64,000 nucleotides of DNA from Macrostomum lignano (lineage: Eukaryota): positions 356,983 through 420,982 of the forward strand of contig NIVC01000632.1 of NCBI GenBank assembly GCA_002269645.1, read 5' to 3'. Under the pieces are notes generated by a model. That model had not been told where the DNA came from. It ran no database searches and worked only from the letters and a program-made list of their open reading frames with translations. How positions within the stretch are numbered: the stretch's first letter is position 1; each line of letters opens with the position of its first letter. Shown piece by piece: positions 48,347-61,034 of the stretch. The translations under genes and the position numbers were made by a program.

Positions 48347-51300
48347 TCAGTGCTCATCCTCAGTGACCGGCACGGCTACAAAGCTGTACCGTTTAACAAT
48401 AAAAGCGCCAGGTGGGGAGTAATATCGATAGAAATTGTAGGATGAGTCGGCTTGGCCGTAAGGCAGAGGATTGCACCTCAGATAGGCGAAAAGCTTCACT
48501 ACCGGACCAATCTTGTCGGCAGACAGCAGCAGAGGCAGCTCGGCAGCCGAGTAGGATTCCGCTAAGAAAATGGCATCCCAAATCAGTTTGAGCATAGGCT
48601 GAGAATCGTAGAACTGAGCCAGGTTGCTCGAGTCAATTAGGCGAGACTCCAAGGCCTGCCAATAGAGCGTGAGGTTGTCGGCCTTGTAGATCTCGGCGAT
48701 CCCGGGGTCCAGGCTGACTGTCAGCTGCATGACGCCTGCCTGACTCCAGGAGGTGGAGCAGGAGAAGCCGCCTGCGCCGGGCAGAGAGTCAGGCTCGGTG
48801 TGGACAGAGTAGCTTTGGGTCACCTGAGAGGCGGGGATGGAAGCGAGTGAGTTAATATCCAGATAATATTGTAATTGTAATGCTTCAGTATGGTTTCGAA
48901 TGCTTTCAGTGCGATCTCCATCAAGTTTAGTGCCATCTCCATCAATTTCAGTGCCATCTCCATCAATTTCAGTGCCATCTCCATCAAGTTCAATCCATTC
49001 CACTGCCATCTCAATCCATTCCAGTGCCATCCCAATCCATTCCAGTGCCATCCCAATCCATTCCAGTGCCATCTCAATCCATTCCAGTGCCATCTCAATC
49101 CATTCCAGTGCCATCTCAATCCATTCCAGTGCCATCTCAATCCATTCCAGTGCCATCTCAATCGATTATAGTGCCATCTCAATCGATTATAGTGCCATCT
49201 CAATCCATTCCAGTGCCATCTCAATCGATTATAGTGCCATCTCAATCCATTCCAGTGCCATCTCAATCCATTCCAGTGCCATCCCAATCCATTCCAGTGC
49301 CATCTCAATCCATTCCAGTGCCATCTCAATCCATTCCAGTGCCATCTCAATCTATTCCAGTGCCATCTCAATCTATTCCAGTGCCATCTCAATCGATTAT
49401 AGTGCCATCTCAATCCATTCCAGTGCCATCTCAATCTATTCCAGTGCCATCTCAATCGATTAGTGCCATCTCAATCGATTAGTGCCATCTTAATCCATTC
49501 CACTGCCATCTCAACCCATTCCAGTGCCATCTCAATCGATTCCAGTGCCATCTCAATCCATTCCAGTGCCATCTCAATCCATTCCAGTGCCATCCCAATC
49601 CATTCCAGTGCCATCCCAATCCATTCCAGTGCCATCTCAATCCATTCCAGTGCCATCTCAATCCATTCCAGTGCCATCACAATTCATTCCAGTGCCATCT
49701 GAATCCATTCCAGTGCCATCTCAATCCATTCCAGTGCCATCTCAATCCATTCCAGTGCCATCTCAATCGATTATAGTGCCATCTCAATCCATTCCAGTGC
49801 CATCTCAATCCATTCCAGTGCCATCCCAATCCATTCCAGTGCCATCTCAATCCATTCCAGTGCCATCTCAATCCATTCCAGTGCCATCTCAATCCATTCC
49901 AGTGCCATCTCAATCCATTCCAGTGCCATCTCAATCCATTCCAGTGCCATCTCAATCTATTCCAGTGCCATCTCAATCGATTATAGTGCCATCTCAATCC
50001 ATTCCAGTGCCATCTCAATGTATTCCAGTGCCATCTCAATCGATTAGTGCCATCTTAATCCATTCCACTGCCATCTCAACCCATTCCAGTGCCATCTCAA
50101 TCGATTCCAGTGCCATCTCAATCCATTCCAGTGCCATCTCAATCCATTCCAGTGCCATCTCAATCCATTCCAGTGCCATCTCAATCGATTATAGTGCCAT
50201 CTCAATCCATTCCAGTGCCATCTCAATCCATTCCAGTCCCATCTCAATCCATTCCAGTGCCATCTCAATCCATTCCAGTGCCATCTCAATCCATTCCAGT
50301 GCCATCTCAATCCATTCCAGTGCCATCTCAATCCATTCCAGTGCCATCTCAATCCATTCCAGTGCCATCTCAATCTATTCCAGTGCCATCTCAATCGATT
50401 ATAGTGCCATCTCAATCCATTCCAGTGCCATCTCAATGTATTCCAGTGCCATCTCAATCGATTAGTGCCATCTTAATCCATTCCACTGCCATCCCAATCC
50501 ATTCCAGTGCCATCCCAATCCATTCCAGTGCCATCTCAATCCATTCCAGTGCCATCTCAATCCATTCCAGTGCCATCACAATTCATTCCAGTGCCATCTG
50601 AATCCATTCCAGTGCCATCTAAATCCATTCCAGTGCCATCTCAATCCATTCCAGTGCCATCTCAATCGATTATAGTGCCATCTCAATCCATTCCAGTGCC
50701 ATCTCAATCCATTCCAGTGCCATCTCAATCCATTCCAGTGCCATCCCAATCCATTCCAGTGCCATCTCAATCCATTCCAGTGCCATCTCAATCCATTCCA
50801 GTGCCATCTCAATCCATTCCAGTGCCATCTCAATCCATTCCAGTGCCATCTCAATCCATTCCAGTGCCATCTCAATCTATTCCAGTGCCATCTCAATCGA
50901 TTATAGTGCCATCTCAATCCATTCCAGTGCCATCTCAATGTATTCCAGTGCCATCTCAATCGATTAGTGCCATCTTAATCCATTCCACTGCCATCTCAAC
51001 CCATTCCAGTGCCATCTCAATCGATTCCAGTGCCATCTCAATCCATTCCAGTGCCATCTCAATCCATTCCAGTGCCATCCCAATCCATTCCAGTGCCATC
51101 TCAATCCATTCCAGTGCCATCTGAACCCATTCGAACATGGAGTCCCCTGATCTGAGAGAAAAGAGCATGGCACACTCAAAGCAAAATTAGCATTTAGGCG
51201 CGATTAAAAGAAAAAAGTTTAAATGAGATTCTCAGAACAGAAGTTGCACAGGAAATCAGATACACACAGAATCAGGAAAAAATTGAAATGTACTTTAAGC

Positions 51301-54300
51301 CTGCATTGCAGGCCTACAGCAGTGGAGAATAATGTACTCTGAAAAATAAGATTATAAGAGTTAATCATATTATCATGTTTCATTCGGAAGCATTTGACTG
51401 TTTTTTAGTAGCTTAATGATAATTAATCTATTCCTGGAAAATATTTCAAGGAACGAAGGCCAGAATGCACTTTAAATGTCCCAAGGATACTGCAGGTAGC
51501 TCATGCAGGCACACTCAGGTAGCTCATGCAGGCATACTGCAGGTAGCTCATGCAGGCATACTCAGGTACCTTATGCAGGCATACTCAGGTACCTTATGCA
51601 GGCATACTGCAGGTAGCTCATGCAGGCATACTCAGGTACCTTATGCAGGCATACTCAGGTACCTCATGCAGGTATACTCAGGTACCTTATGCAGGTATAC
51701 TCAGGTACCTCATGCAGGTATACTCAAGTACTTCATGCAGGTATACTCAGGTACTTCATGCAGGTATACTCAGGTACCTTATGCAGGTATACTTAGGTAC
51801 CTTATGCAGGTATACTCAGGTACCTCATGCAGGTATACTCAGGTACCTCATGCAGGTATACTCAGGTACCTTATGCAGGTATACTCAGGTACCTTATGCA
51901 GGTATACTCAGGTACCTTATGCAGGTATACTCAGGTACCTTATGCAGGTATACTCAGGTACCTTATGCAGGTATACTCAGGTACTTCATGCAGGTATACT
52001 CAGGTACTTCATGCAGGTATACTCAGGTACTTCATGCAGGTATACTCAGGTACTTCATGCAGGTATACTCAGGTACCTTATTCAGGTATACTCAGGTACC
52101 TTATGCAGGCATACTCAGGTACCTTATGCAGGCATACTCAGGTACCTCATGCAGGTATACTCAGGTACCTTATGCAGGCATACTCAGGTACCTCATGCAG
52201 GTATACTCAGGTACCTTATGCAGGTATACTCAGGTACCTTATGCAGGTATACTCAGGTACCTTATGCAGGTATACTCAGATACCTTATGCGGGTATACTC
52301 AGGTACCTTATGCAGGTATACTCAGGTACTTCATGCAGGTATACTCAGGTACCTCATGCAGGTATACTCAGGTACTTCAAGCAGGTATACTCAGGTACTT
52401 CATGCAGGTATACTCAGGTACTTCAAGCAGGTATACTCAGGTACTTCAAGCAGGTATACTCAGGTACCTCATGCAGGTATACTCAGGTACTTCATGCAGG
52501 TATACTCAGGTACTTCAAGCAGGTATACTCAGGTACCTCATGCAGGTATACTCAGGTACTTCATGCAGGTATACTCAGGTACTTCATGCAGGTATACTCA
52601 GGTACTTCATGCAGGCATACTCAGGTACTTCATGCAGGTATACTCAGGTACCTCATGCAGGTATACTCAGGTACTTCATGCAGGTATACTCAGGTACTTC
52701 ATGCAGGTATACTCAGGTACTTCATGCAGGTGTACTTCAAGTGCATACTGAATGGACTGAATGACTCACCGTCAGCCCCGAGTACTGGCCGTCCAGCAGT
52801 CCCTGTACGCTCTCCCAGTGCTCGGACAGCCGTTCGCGGCTCAGCTTCCTGCCGGCCAGCACAATCGGGGCTGGGCCGCTGAAGAACAGCGCCAAGTCCA
52901 GCAGGTTGCGCGCATCTCTGGAGAAGGTGAACACAGCTGGCAGAGTGACATTCGGGCCGCCGTCAGAGGACATGGCGAACAGCACCTGCTCGCTGCTTAG
53001 ACTAGCTCCCGTCAGATCAACCGGCTGGTTGTCGGCGATGATCACTCCGGCTGCACCCACTGCTTCGGCGTTGCGCGCCTTCTGAACGAACAGGCAGCCG
53101 CCGCGGCGCAGCACCAGCAGCCAGGGCATCGGGCGGCTTGCCGACAGCCGCGGCAGCGGGTCCAGAGACTCCAAGGTGCAGCCGTCGATGCCGCCGGGAC
53201 GCGATGGCCAGAGCAGGTAACCCAGGTGCGACTCTCCAGTGACAGACATTGGCGGGCCGAACTGGGAGGGGCCGACCTGAGTCTCCGTGGAGGCTGCGGG
53301 TGAATTAGTGACGAGCCCAGCGGATTAGTGCTAACCCCGATTGATTAGTGATGACTCCAATGAATTAGTGATAACCCCGATGGATAAGTAATGACCCCGG
53401 TGGATTAGTGATGACCCCGGTGGATAAGTGATGACCCCAGTGGATTAGTGATGACCTCAGTGGATTAGTGATGACCCCAGTGGATAAGTGATGACCCCAG
53501 TGAATAAGTGACCCCAGTGGATTAGTGATGACCCCAGTGGATAAGTGATGACTCCAGTGAATAAGTGATGACCCCAGTGGATTAGTGATGACCCCAATGA
53601 ATTAGTGATAACCCTGATGGATAAGTAATGAACCCGGTGGATTACTGATGACCCCGGTGGATTAGCGATGACCTTGGTGGATTAGTGATGACCCCAGTGG
53701 ATTAGTGATGACCCCAGTGGATTAGTGATAACCCTGATGGATAAGTAATGAACCCGGTGGATTAGTGATAACCCTGATGGATAAGTAATGAACCCGGTGG
53801 ATTAGTGATGACCCCAGTGGATTAGTGATGACCCCAGTGGATTAGCGATGACCCCAGTGGATTAGTGATGACCCCAGTGATTTGTGATGACCTCAGTGTA
53901 TTAGTGATGACCCCAGTGGATTAGTGATGACCCCAGTGGATTAGCGATGACCCCAGTGGATTAGTGATGACCCCAGTGATTTGTGATGACCTCAGTGTAT
54001 TAGTGATGACCTCAGTGGATTAGTGATGACCCCAGTGGATAAGTGATGACCCCAGTGGATTAGTGATGACCCCAGTTGATAAGTGATGACCCCGGCAGAT
54101 TAGTGACAGTGAAATGACATTATCAAACTGAGACACCAACTCCAGAAACCTCAAGAGACGCACACCGCTCACCCAAAATAGTCGCATTGAAGGAGTCCTT
54201 GGAGCTCGCAGGAATCGGGCAGTACAAAAAATTAGGCGGATGCTGCATCTGCTCATTCTTATTAACGGTCATAGCGGCCAAGTTGATCATAGCCTGCATA

Positions 54301-57300
54301 AAGGCCAGGCCTACCCGACCCAGTTCGGGCGACTCGGCATTGTCGGGATTGTGGAACAGCTGCAGCTGCCCGCTGCCTGTGCGCACCGTGGCGATGCCCA
54401 TGCTGACCAGGGCGGCCTGCTGCTCCGGGTTGTTGGCGTCCAGCTCTCTGGGATCGAATGGCAGGACGCTCTTCTGCTGGCTGGCGTCGGGAATGGCTGC
54501 GCCCGGAGCTACAGACGGTTTCAGTTGCAGCCTACGGCGCCAGTGGAAGGCGGTGTCGTCAGCTCCGAACAGTCGCCTGCGCAGGTTGTAGTTCGGGCAG
54601 CTGTCATTCATGACTGACAGCAGCGCCGCCTGCTGCTGCTGAGGCTGGCGCCGACTGGTTGACGCGGACGGTGCTGGAGTTCATGCGGATGGGGAGCTAA
54701 TGAATTAGTGAGTGAGTGAGTGAGTGAGTGAGTGAGTGAGTGAGTGAGTGAGTGAGTGAGTGAGTGAATGAATGAGTGAGTGAGTGAGTGAGTGAATGAG
54801 TGAGTGAGTGAGTGAGTGAGTGAGTGAGTGAGTGAGTGAGTGAATGAGTGAGTAAGTGAGTGAGTGAGTGAGTGAGTGATAGAGTGAGCGAGTGAGTGAA
54901 TGAATGAGTGAGTGAGTGAGTGAGTGAGTGAATGAGTGAGTGAGTGAGTGAGTGAGTGAGTGAGTGAGTGAGTGAGTGAATGAGTGAGTAAGTGAGTGAG
55001 TGAGTGAGTGAGTGATAGAGTGAGCGAGTGAGTGAATGAATGAATGAGTGAGTGAGTGAGTGAGTGAGTGAGTGAGTGAGTGAGTGAGTAAGTGAGTGAG
55101 TGAGTGAGTGATAGAGTGAGCGAGTGAGTGAATGAATGAGTGAGTGAGTGAGTGAATGAATGAGTGAGTGAGTGAGTAAGTGAGTGAGTGAGTGAGTGAG
55201 TGAGTGATAGAGTGAGCGAGTGAGTGAATGAATGAGTGAGTGAGTGAGTGAGTGAATGAATGAATGAGTGAGTGAGTGAGTGAGTGATAGAGTGAGCGAG
55301 TGAGTGAATGAATGAGTGAGTGAGTGAGCGAATGAGTGAATGGTTAATGGTGAATGGATAGTGAATGGTGAATGGGGGAGTGAATGGTGAATGGGGGAGT
55401 GAATGGTGAATGGGGAGTGAATGGTGAATGGGGAGTGAATGGCTGAAGGTCCCAAACGTCCGCAAACACAAAAGGATTATTCACCGGCAGATTCCGGCGG
55501 TTTAATAGCCAAGTTGGCCAGCTCAAGCGGCAACAGGTGGGCCTCTGTGGTGAACACGTAGGCGTCCAAATCCACTGGAAGGTCGGAATCGTTCGCGAAT
55601 AGAAGGTACAGGTACCTGCGGCGGCGAAATGGGACGGCGTGGAGTGAGTGAGATGGGGAACAGTGAATTGGGATAGTTGAGATTAAGGATTTATGGAATA
55701 CGGAATGGGGCTTAGGGGGACTGGGAGATTCAAGGATTGGGGGTTAATGGATTGTGAGATTTAGGCATCGCAATATTTAGGGATTGGGATATTTATCAAT
55801 TGGGATAGTTAGAGATTGGGAAAATTAGGGACTGGGATATCTATGGATTGGGATATTTATGGATTGGGATATTTATGGATTGGGATATTAAGGAATTAGG
55901 ATATTATAGATTGGGACATTAAGGGATTGGGATATTTATACATTGGGACATTAAGGGATGGGATAATTAGGGACTTGGGATATTTATGAATTGGGATATT
56001 TATCAATTGGGATAGTTAGAGATTGGGAAAATTAGGGACTGGGATATCTATGGATTGGGATATTTATGGATTGGGATATTTATGGATTTGGATATTAAGG
56101 AATTAGGATATTATAGATTGGGACATTAAGGGATTGGGATATTTATACATTGGGACATTAAGGGATTGGGATAATTAGGGACTTGGGATATTTATGAATT
56201 GGGATATTTATCAATTGGGATAGTTAGAGATTGGGAAAATTAGGGACTGGGATATCTATGGATTGGGATATTTATGGATTGGGATGTCAAGGGATTAGGA
56301 TATTTATAGATTGGGATATTAAGGGATTAGGATATTTATAGATTGGGACATTAAGGCATTGGGATATTTATGGATTGGGATATTTAGGGACTGGGATATT
56401 TATAGATTGGGACATACAGGGATTGGGATATTTATGGAGTAGGATATTTATAGATTGGGACCTTAAGGGATTGGGATAATTTGGGGGTATTTAGGTATTA
56501 GGATACTTAAGGACAAAGGATATTTATGGATTGGGATAATTTGGGGGTATTTAGGTATTAGGATACTTAAGGACAAAGGATATTTATGGATTGGGATAAT
56601 TTGGGGATACTTAGATATTAGGATACTTAAGGACAAAGGATATTTATGGATTGGGATAATTTGGGGGTATTTAGGTATTAGGATACTTAAGGACAAAGGA
56701 TATTTATGGATTGGGATAATTAGGGACTAGAAGATTCGGGGAAGAGATTTATTTCAGAAATGGGCAACATCTGAGGCACCAGACTACATGTAATCCCCCC
56801 ACCCTAAAATATCCCCTTTGAAAGATCTCCTTCCCGCTCACTTAAATGTCTCAGCCAGCACGAAGCTGTCCAGCTGATCAGATTTCTCCATAGTCCGCAC
56901 GTCGGAGATGGCGGCGTAGCCGCACTCAGTCCTCGAGTACTTCTCCAAGTTATCAATAACCCGCTTGCCCACCTCCAGGTAATGCGGATCGCGCGTGGCT
57001 TTGTATAGAAAGTACGTGGACTCGATGAACTCAGGCCGGAGAGGGTGATGAGCCCAGTGAACGTGAAAGTCGGGCGTGAACGCTTCCGGGATGAAGTTGT
57101 AGCGCTGGACCACCTGGACCAAAAGGTATCCATTCAATATATGCTGTTTTATTATCTCTGCATTTTTAGCAATAGTTTCAAAAGTATCAATTACTGAAAA
57201 GTTGTAAGCTCGGTTCATTTTAAGTAACAGAAAAAATGCTTTTGTGCCCCAAGCCCCTGCGGGGCGCGATCGGGTTAGTGTGTATTAGAAGTGTTAGATG

Positions 57301-60203
57301 TGTTGCAAGTGTTGGAAGTATTGGGTACCATACAAAATTGCCAGCAAACCAAAAGCGAACGAAGAGGGCGAAATTTTAGACACAATGGTAGCATTAATGC
57401 TATTAAGGATAAATTTGACATTTTGACCGAAATAAAGCGAGTTGAGCGTAGTTGCTTCTGACAGATGGTTTGCTGGCAATTTTGTATGGTATAATACTAC
57501 TACTGACGTGACACCGGATTTAGCTAGTCCCGGATATCTAGTCCCGGATTCTGTAGTCTTGAATATCTAGTCCGACACAGTCCCGAATCCAAACCTGATA
57601 GAGAATCTCGTGCAGTTCCACGGCGGGTTTCAAGTCGCCAGTCATAACCTGAAGCCCCGGCCAAAATGCCGCCAATGCGTCCATGAAGTTTCTGGTCCGA
57701 GTCAGAGGCTGGTGCATCAGGACGTCGGATAGCAGAGGCGGTCGGCACAGTTGCAGGTAGTTTTGCACCGCCTCGTAGTGCTTGGAGAATCGGTGCAGGT
57801 ACACCTGAGGTGGACAATTAGCGATTGGCTGAGTTATTTGCACTCACTTTTGATTGGCTGAGCCCTCATTCCTGATTGGCTGAGCCCTCAATCCTGATTG
57901 GCTGAGCCCTCACTCCTGACTGGCTGAGCTCTCACACCTGATTTGCTGAGCCCTCACTCTTGATTGGCTGAGCCTTCAATTCTAATTGGCTGAGCCTTAA
58001 ATAAAAATTGTCTTTTTTTAAATTATGTTAGTTTTTTTAGAATTAGGATTTCATATTTTATGAGGAAATGTAGGTTGGAGGTTGCTACGCTCGTAATTGG
58101 GTTTATTTTGTTTTTTTGTGGGTTTTTTTCGTTTTATTTTAATACAAATGTTTTTTTGTTTTTTGTTTTTTTTCCTTCAATTCTGATTGGCTGAGCCTTC
58201 AATTCTGATTGGCTGAGCCTTCAATTCTGATTGGCTGAGCCTTCAATTCTGATTGGCTGAGCTCTTACTCCTAACTGACTGAGCTCTAACTCCTGATTGG
58301 CTCAGCTCTCACACCTGATTTGCTGAACCCTTACTCCTGATTGGCTGAGCCTTCAATTCTGATTGGCTGAGCTCTCACTCCTAATTGGCTGAGCCTTCAA
58401 TTCTGATTCACAGCAACCCAGAACAAAGACAGCCCACTCACCTCCTCCCCTAGCAGCACGTAGGCCTTGAACAGGTACTCATAGTAGGAGTCGATGCCAG
58501 CCCCGATTCCGCTCTCCTTCCGGACCCAGTCTCCGTTGTGAATGTTAATAACGGTGCCAACCAGGTTGGAGTGCAGATTTCGCTGGCTCCACAGAGCGTC
58601 CAAAGCGCGTCTGGCGCGGAGTTCGAACTCGGGATTACCAGAGAAGCGAGACAGAGCGGCAAATTCCAATAGCATGCTGCCTGCGCAAGCTGTACATGTG
58701 TCCTGGTGCTGGTTTCTGGCGAACCTGCCATTCATTGGATTATTTATACAGTGCACTGCTCATCACGGGGTCTAGTGGTATATGGTATCTTATAGGGAGG
58801 TCAATTGACCTCTCTTTAGTCAGATGCTACCGCTACTCTGATACGACATCTAATAGGTCAGCTGACCACCCTTACTAATATACGACATCTAATAGGGAGG
58901 TCAGCTGACCCCTCTTTTATAAGATACGATATATCTAATAGGGAGGTCAACTGACCCCTCTTTTATAAGATATGATTTATCTAATAGGGAGGTCAACTGA
59001 CCCTCTTTTATAAGATACGATATATCTAATAGGGAGGTCAGCTGACCCCTCTTTTATAAGATACGATATATCTAATAGGGAGGTCAACTGACCCCTCTTT
59101 TATAAGATATGATTTATCTAATAGGGAGGTCAACTGACCCTCTTTTATAAGATACGATATATCTAATAGGGAGGTCAGCTGACCCCTCTTTTATAAGATA
59201 TGATATATCTAATAGGGAGGTCAACTGACCCTCTTTTATAAGATACGATATATCTAATAGGGAGGTCAGCTGACCCCTCTTTAATAAGATGCGATTTCTA
59301 ATAGGGAGGTCAGCTGACCCGTCTTAATAAGATACGACACCTAATACGGAGGTCAACTGGCCCCTCTTAATAAGATACGGTATATCTAATAGGGAGGTCA
59401 GCTAACCCCTCTTAATAAGATACGATATATCTAATAGGGAGGTCAACCGACCCCTCTTTAATAAGATGCGATATCTAATAGGGAGGTCAGCTGACCCGTC
59501 TTAATAAGATACGACACCTAATGGGGAGGGGTCAGCTGAGCACTCTCACATTTGACAATGACAATCTCTTTGATCTCTTTGACCCGTCCAAAAGCCGCGA
59601 CACTAACCACCCCCCCCACCCGACCCCTCACCTGTCGGGCACGCCGTGCCGCAGGTTCACCCTAGGATAGGGAATGCCAGTGCTGGTGTTGAATGCCGGC
59701 AGAAGCCGGTTGCCCAGATCCACAGCCATGGACAGCAGCTGGTCGCTGTACCAGGACATCCGGCCGAACCGATGCTTCAGCACCAGCGAGCCCACGTGAC
59801 CGCCAAGCAGGCCGCCAACAACCCGGATGTTGGCCTCGAACACGGACACGACCACGTCAGTGTTGAATCGGACATTGTCGACAACCAGTCGGACAGCGTA
59901 CTCAAACTGCTCAGGCTCGTTGAGCAGCAGCAGAGTATCCAAGCTGTCAATCAGCGTCAGAGAATAGTTGCCAAGGCAGTCGTCGATGTCGCCTCTGGAC
60001 GGTTCAGAGCCGCGGTAGCGGCCTCGGCAGCTGACGGGCATGAGCTCGTCCGCCGGGTAGGCGTGAGTCATGTAGTTGTCGTAGGCGTGCTGAAACATGG
60101 ACTTGGCCTTGTCTCTGAGCCGCAGCCGCTCCGAGTCCTGCATGGCCCTGCTGAAGCAGACTAGGCACAATAAAAGCAGCAGAACCAAATGGGAATCTTG
60201 CAT
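48347..60203 (-). CDS. EDEM3: ER degradation-enhancing alpha-mannosidase-like protein 3 (signal peptide, GH47, PA domain, unrecognised C-terminal region), 8 exons, ~989 aa
   Basis: Exons 60203-59632, 58724-58442, 57804-57595, 57113-56842, 55615-55485, 54673-54173, 53293-52770, 48823-48347; phase-consistent GT-AG; GH47 motifs [54 protein letters not shown]; PA domain [27 protein letters not shown]; last exon less certain. Confidence 0.92.
48905..51125. repeat. ~2.2-kb 21-bp satellite (AGTGCCATCTCAATCCATTCC), EDEM3 intron 7
   Basis: Period 21, with block duplications. Confidence 0.97.
51490..52740. repeat. 23-bp satellite (TGCAGGTATACTCAGGTACCTTA), EDEM3 intron 7
   Basis: Period 23. Confidence 0.97.
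53310..54105. repeat. 20-bp satellite (GTGGATTAGTGATGACCCCA), EDEM3 intron 6
   Basis: Period 20. Confidence 0.95.
54705..55440. repeat. (TGAG)n microsatellite plus TGAATGG units, EDEM3 intron 5
   Basis: Direct observation. Confidence 0.96.
55780..56720. repeat. TTGGGATATTTA-based satellite with ~208-bp and 60-bp higher-order units, EDEM3 intron 4
   Basis: Block at ~55790/55999/56207; four 60-bp units ~56465-56720. Confidence 0.88.
57825..58410. repeat. 22-bp CTGATTGGCTGAG-containing repeat, EDEM3 intron 2 (split by a T-rich spacer)
   Basis: CTGATTGGCTGAGCCTTCAATT units. Confidence 0.88.
58795..59540. repeat. 45-46 bp satellite with palindromic core, EDEM3 intron 1
   Basis: TCTAATAGGGAGGTCA(A/G)CTGACCCCTCTTTTATAAGATACGATATA units. 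Confidence 0.93.
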
Positions 60204-60242
60204 TTTGTGTGTGGCAAGCGAATCTTCTCGGTCAAGAAAAGG

Positions 60243-60332
60243 CTATCTTCTGCTGCTGCTGCTGGCTCTGCTTCTGCCGTTATTGCTGTAGACTCTGCTG
60301 TCGCCCAGTCTTGATGACGTCATGAACAGCAT
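60243..60332 (-). other. Candidate 29-codon uORF upstream of EDEM3 (MLFMTSSRLGDSRVYSNNGRSRASSSSRR*)
   Basis: ATG at 60332 (second in-frame ATG at 60323), TAG at 60245-60243, 39 nt before the main ATG; whether it is transcribed is unknown. Confidence 0.4.
60314..60323. promoter_or_regulatory. Perfect CRE/ATF palindrome ATGACGTCAT ~110 bp upstream of the EDEM3 ATG
   Basis: Sequence seen directly; function inferred. Confidence 0.4.
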
Positions 60333-60349
60333 CGGAGATGTCAGGGTGG

Positions 60350-61010
60350 TGGATCTACCTGAGACTTTTGCAGTGCAGGGAATGAAGAGTGGCGGATCTA
60401 CCTGAGACTTTTGCAGTGCAGGGAATGAAGAGTGGCGGATCTACCTGAGACTTTTGCAGTGCAGGGAATGAAGAGTGGTGGATCTACCTGAGATTTTTGC
60501 AGTGCGGGGAATGAAGAGTGGTGGATCTACCTGAGATTTTTGCAGTGCAGGGAATGAAGAGTGGCGGATCTACCTGAGATTTTTGCAGTGCAGGGAATGA
60601 AGAGTGGTGGATCTACCTGAGATTTTTGCAGTGCAGGGAATGAAGAGTGGCGGATCTACCTGAGATTTTTGCAGTGCAGGGAATGAAGAGTGGTGGATCT
60701 ACCTGAGATTTTTGCAGTGCAGGGAATGAAGGGTGGCGGATCTACCTGAGACTTTTGCAGTGCAGGGAATGAAGGGTGGCGGATCTACCTGAGACTTTTG
60801 CAGTGCAGGGAATGAAGGGTGGCGGATCTACCTGAGACTTTTGCAGTGCAGGGAATGAAGGGTGGCGGATCTACCTGAGACTTTTGCAGTGCAGGGAATG
60901 AAGGGTGGCGGATCTACCTGAGACTTTTGCAGTGCAGGGAATGAAGGGTGGCGGATCTACCTGAGACTTTTGCAGTGCAGGGAATGAAGGGTGACGGATC
61001 TACCTGAGAC
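60350..61010. repeat. 43-bp minisatellite upstream of EDEM3
   Basis: GGATCTACCTGAGACTTTTGCAGTGCAGGGAATGAAG(A/G)GTGGC, ~15 units. Confidence 0.96.
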
Positions 61011-61034
61011 ATTAGATGAATGGAATAAGAAAGT

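Noticed and set aside
45276-52882. Many repetitive ORFs ([30 protein letters not shown])
   Set aside because: Direct translations of 34-, 21- and 23-bp satellites; periodic with no unique sequence
57825-58410. ERSE elements (CCAAT-N9-CCACG) in EDEM3 intron 2
   Set aside because: CCAAT is present but no CCACG at the required spacing
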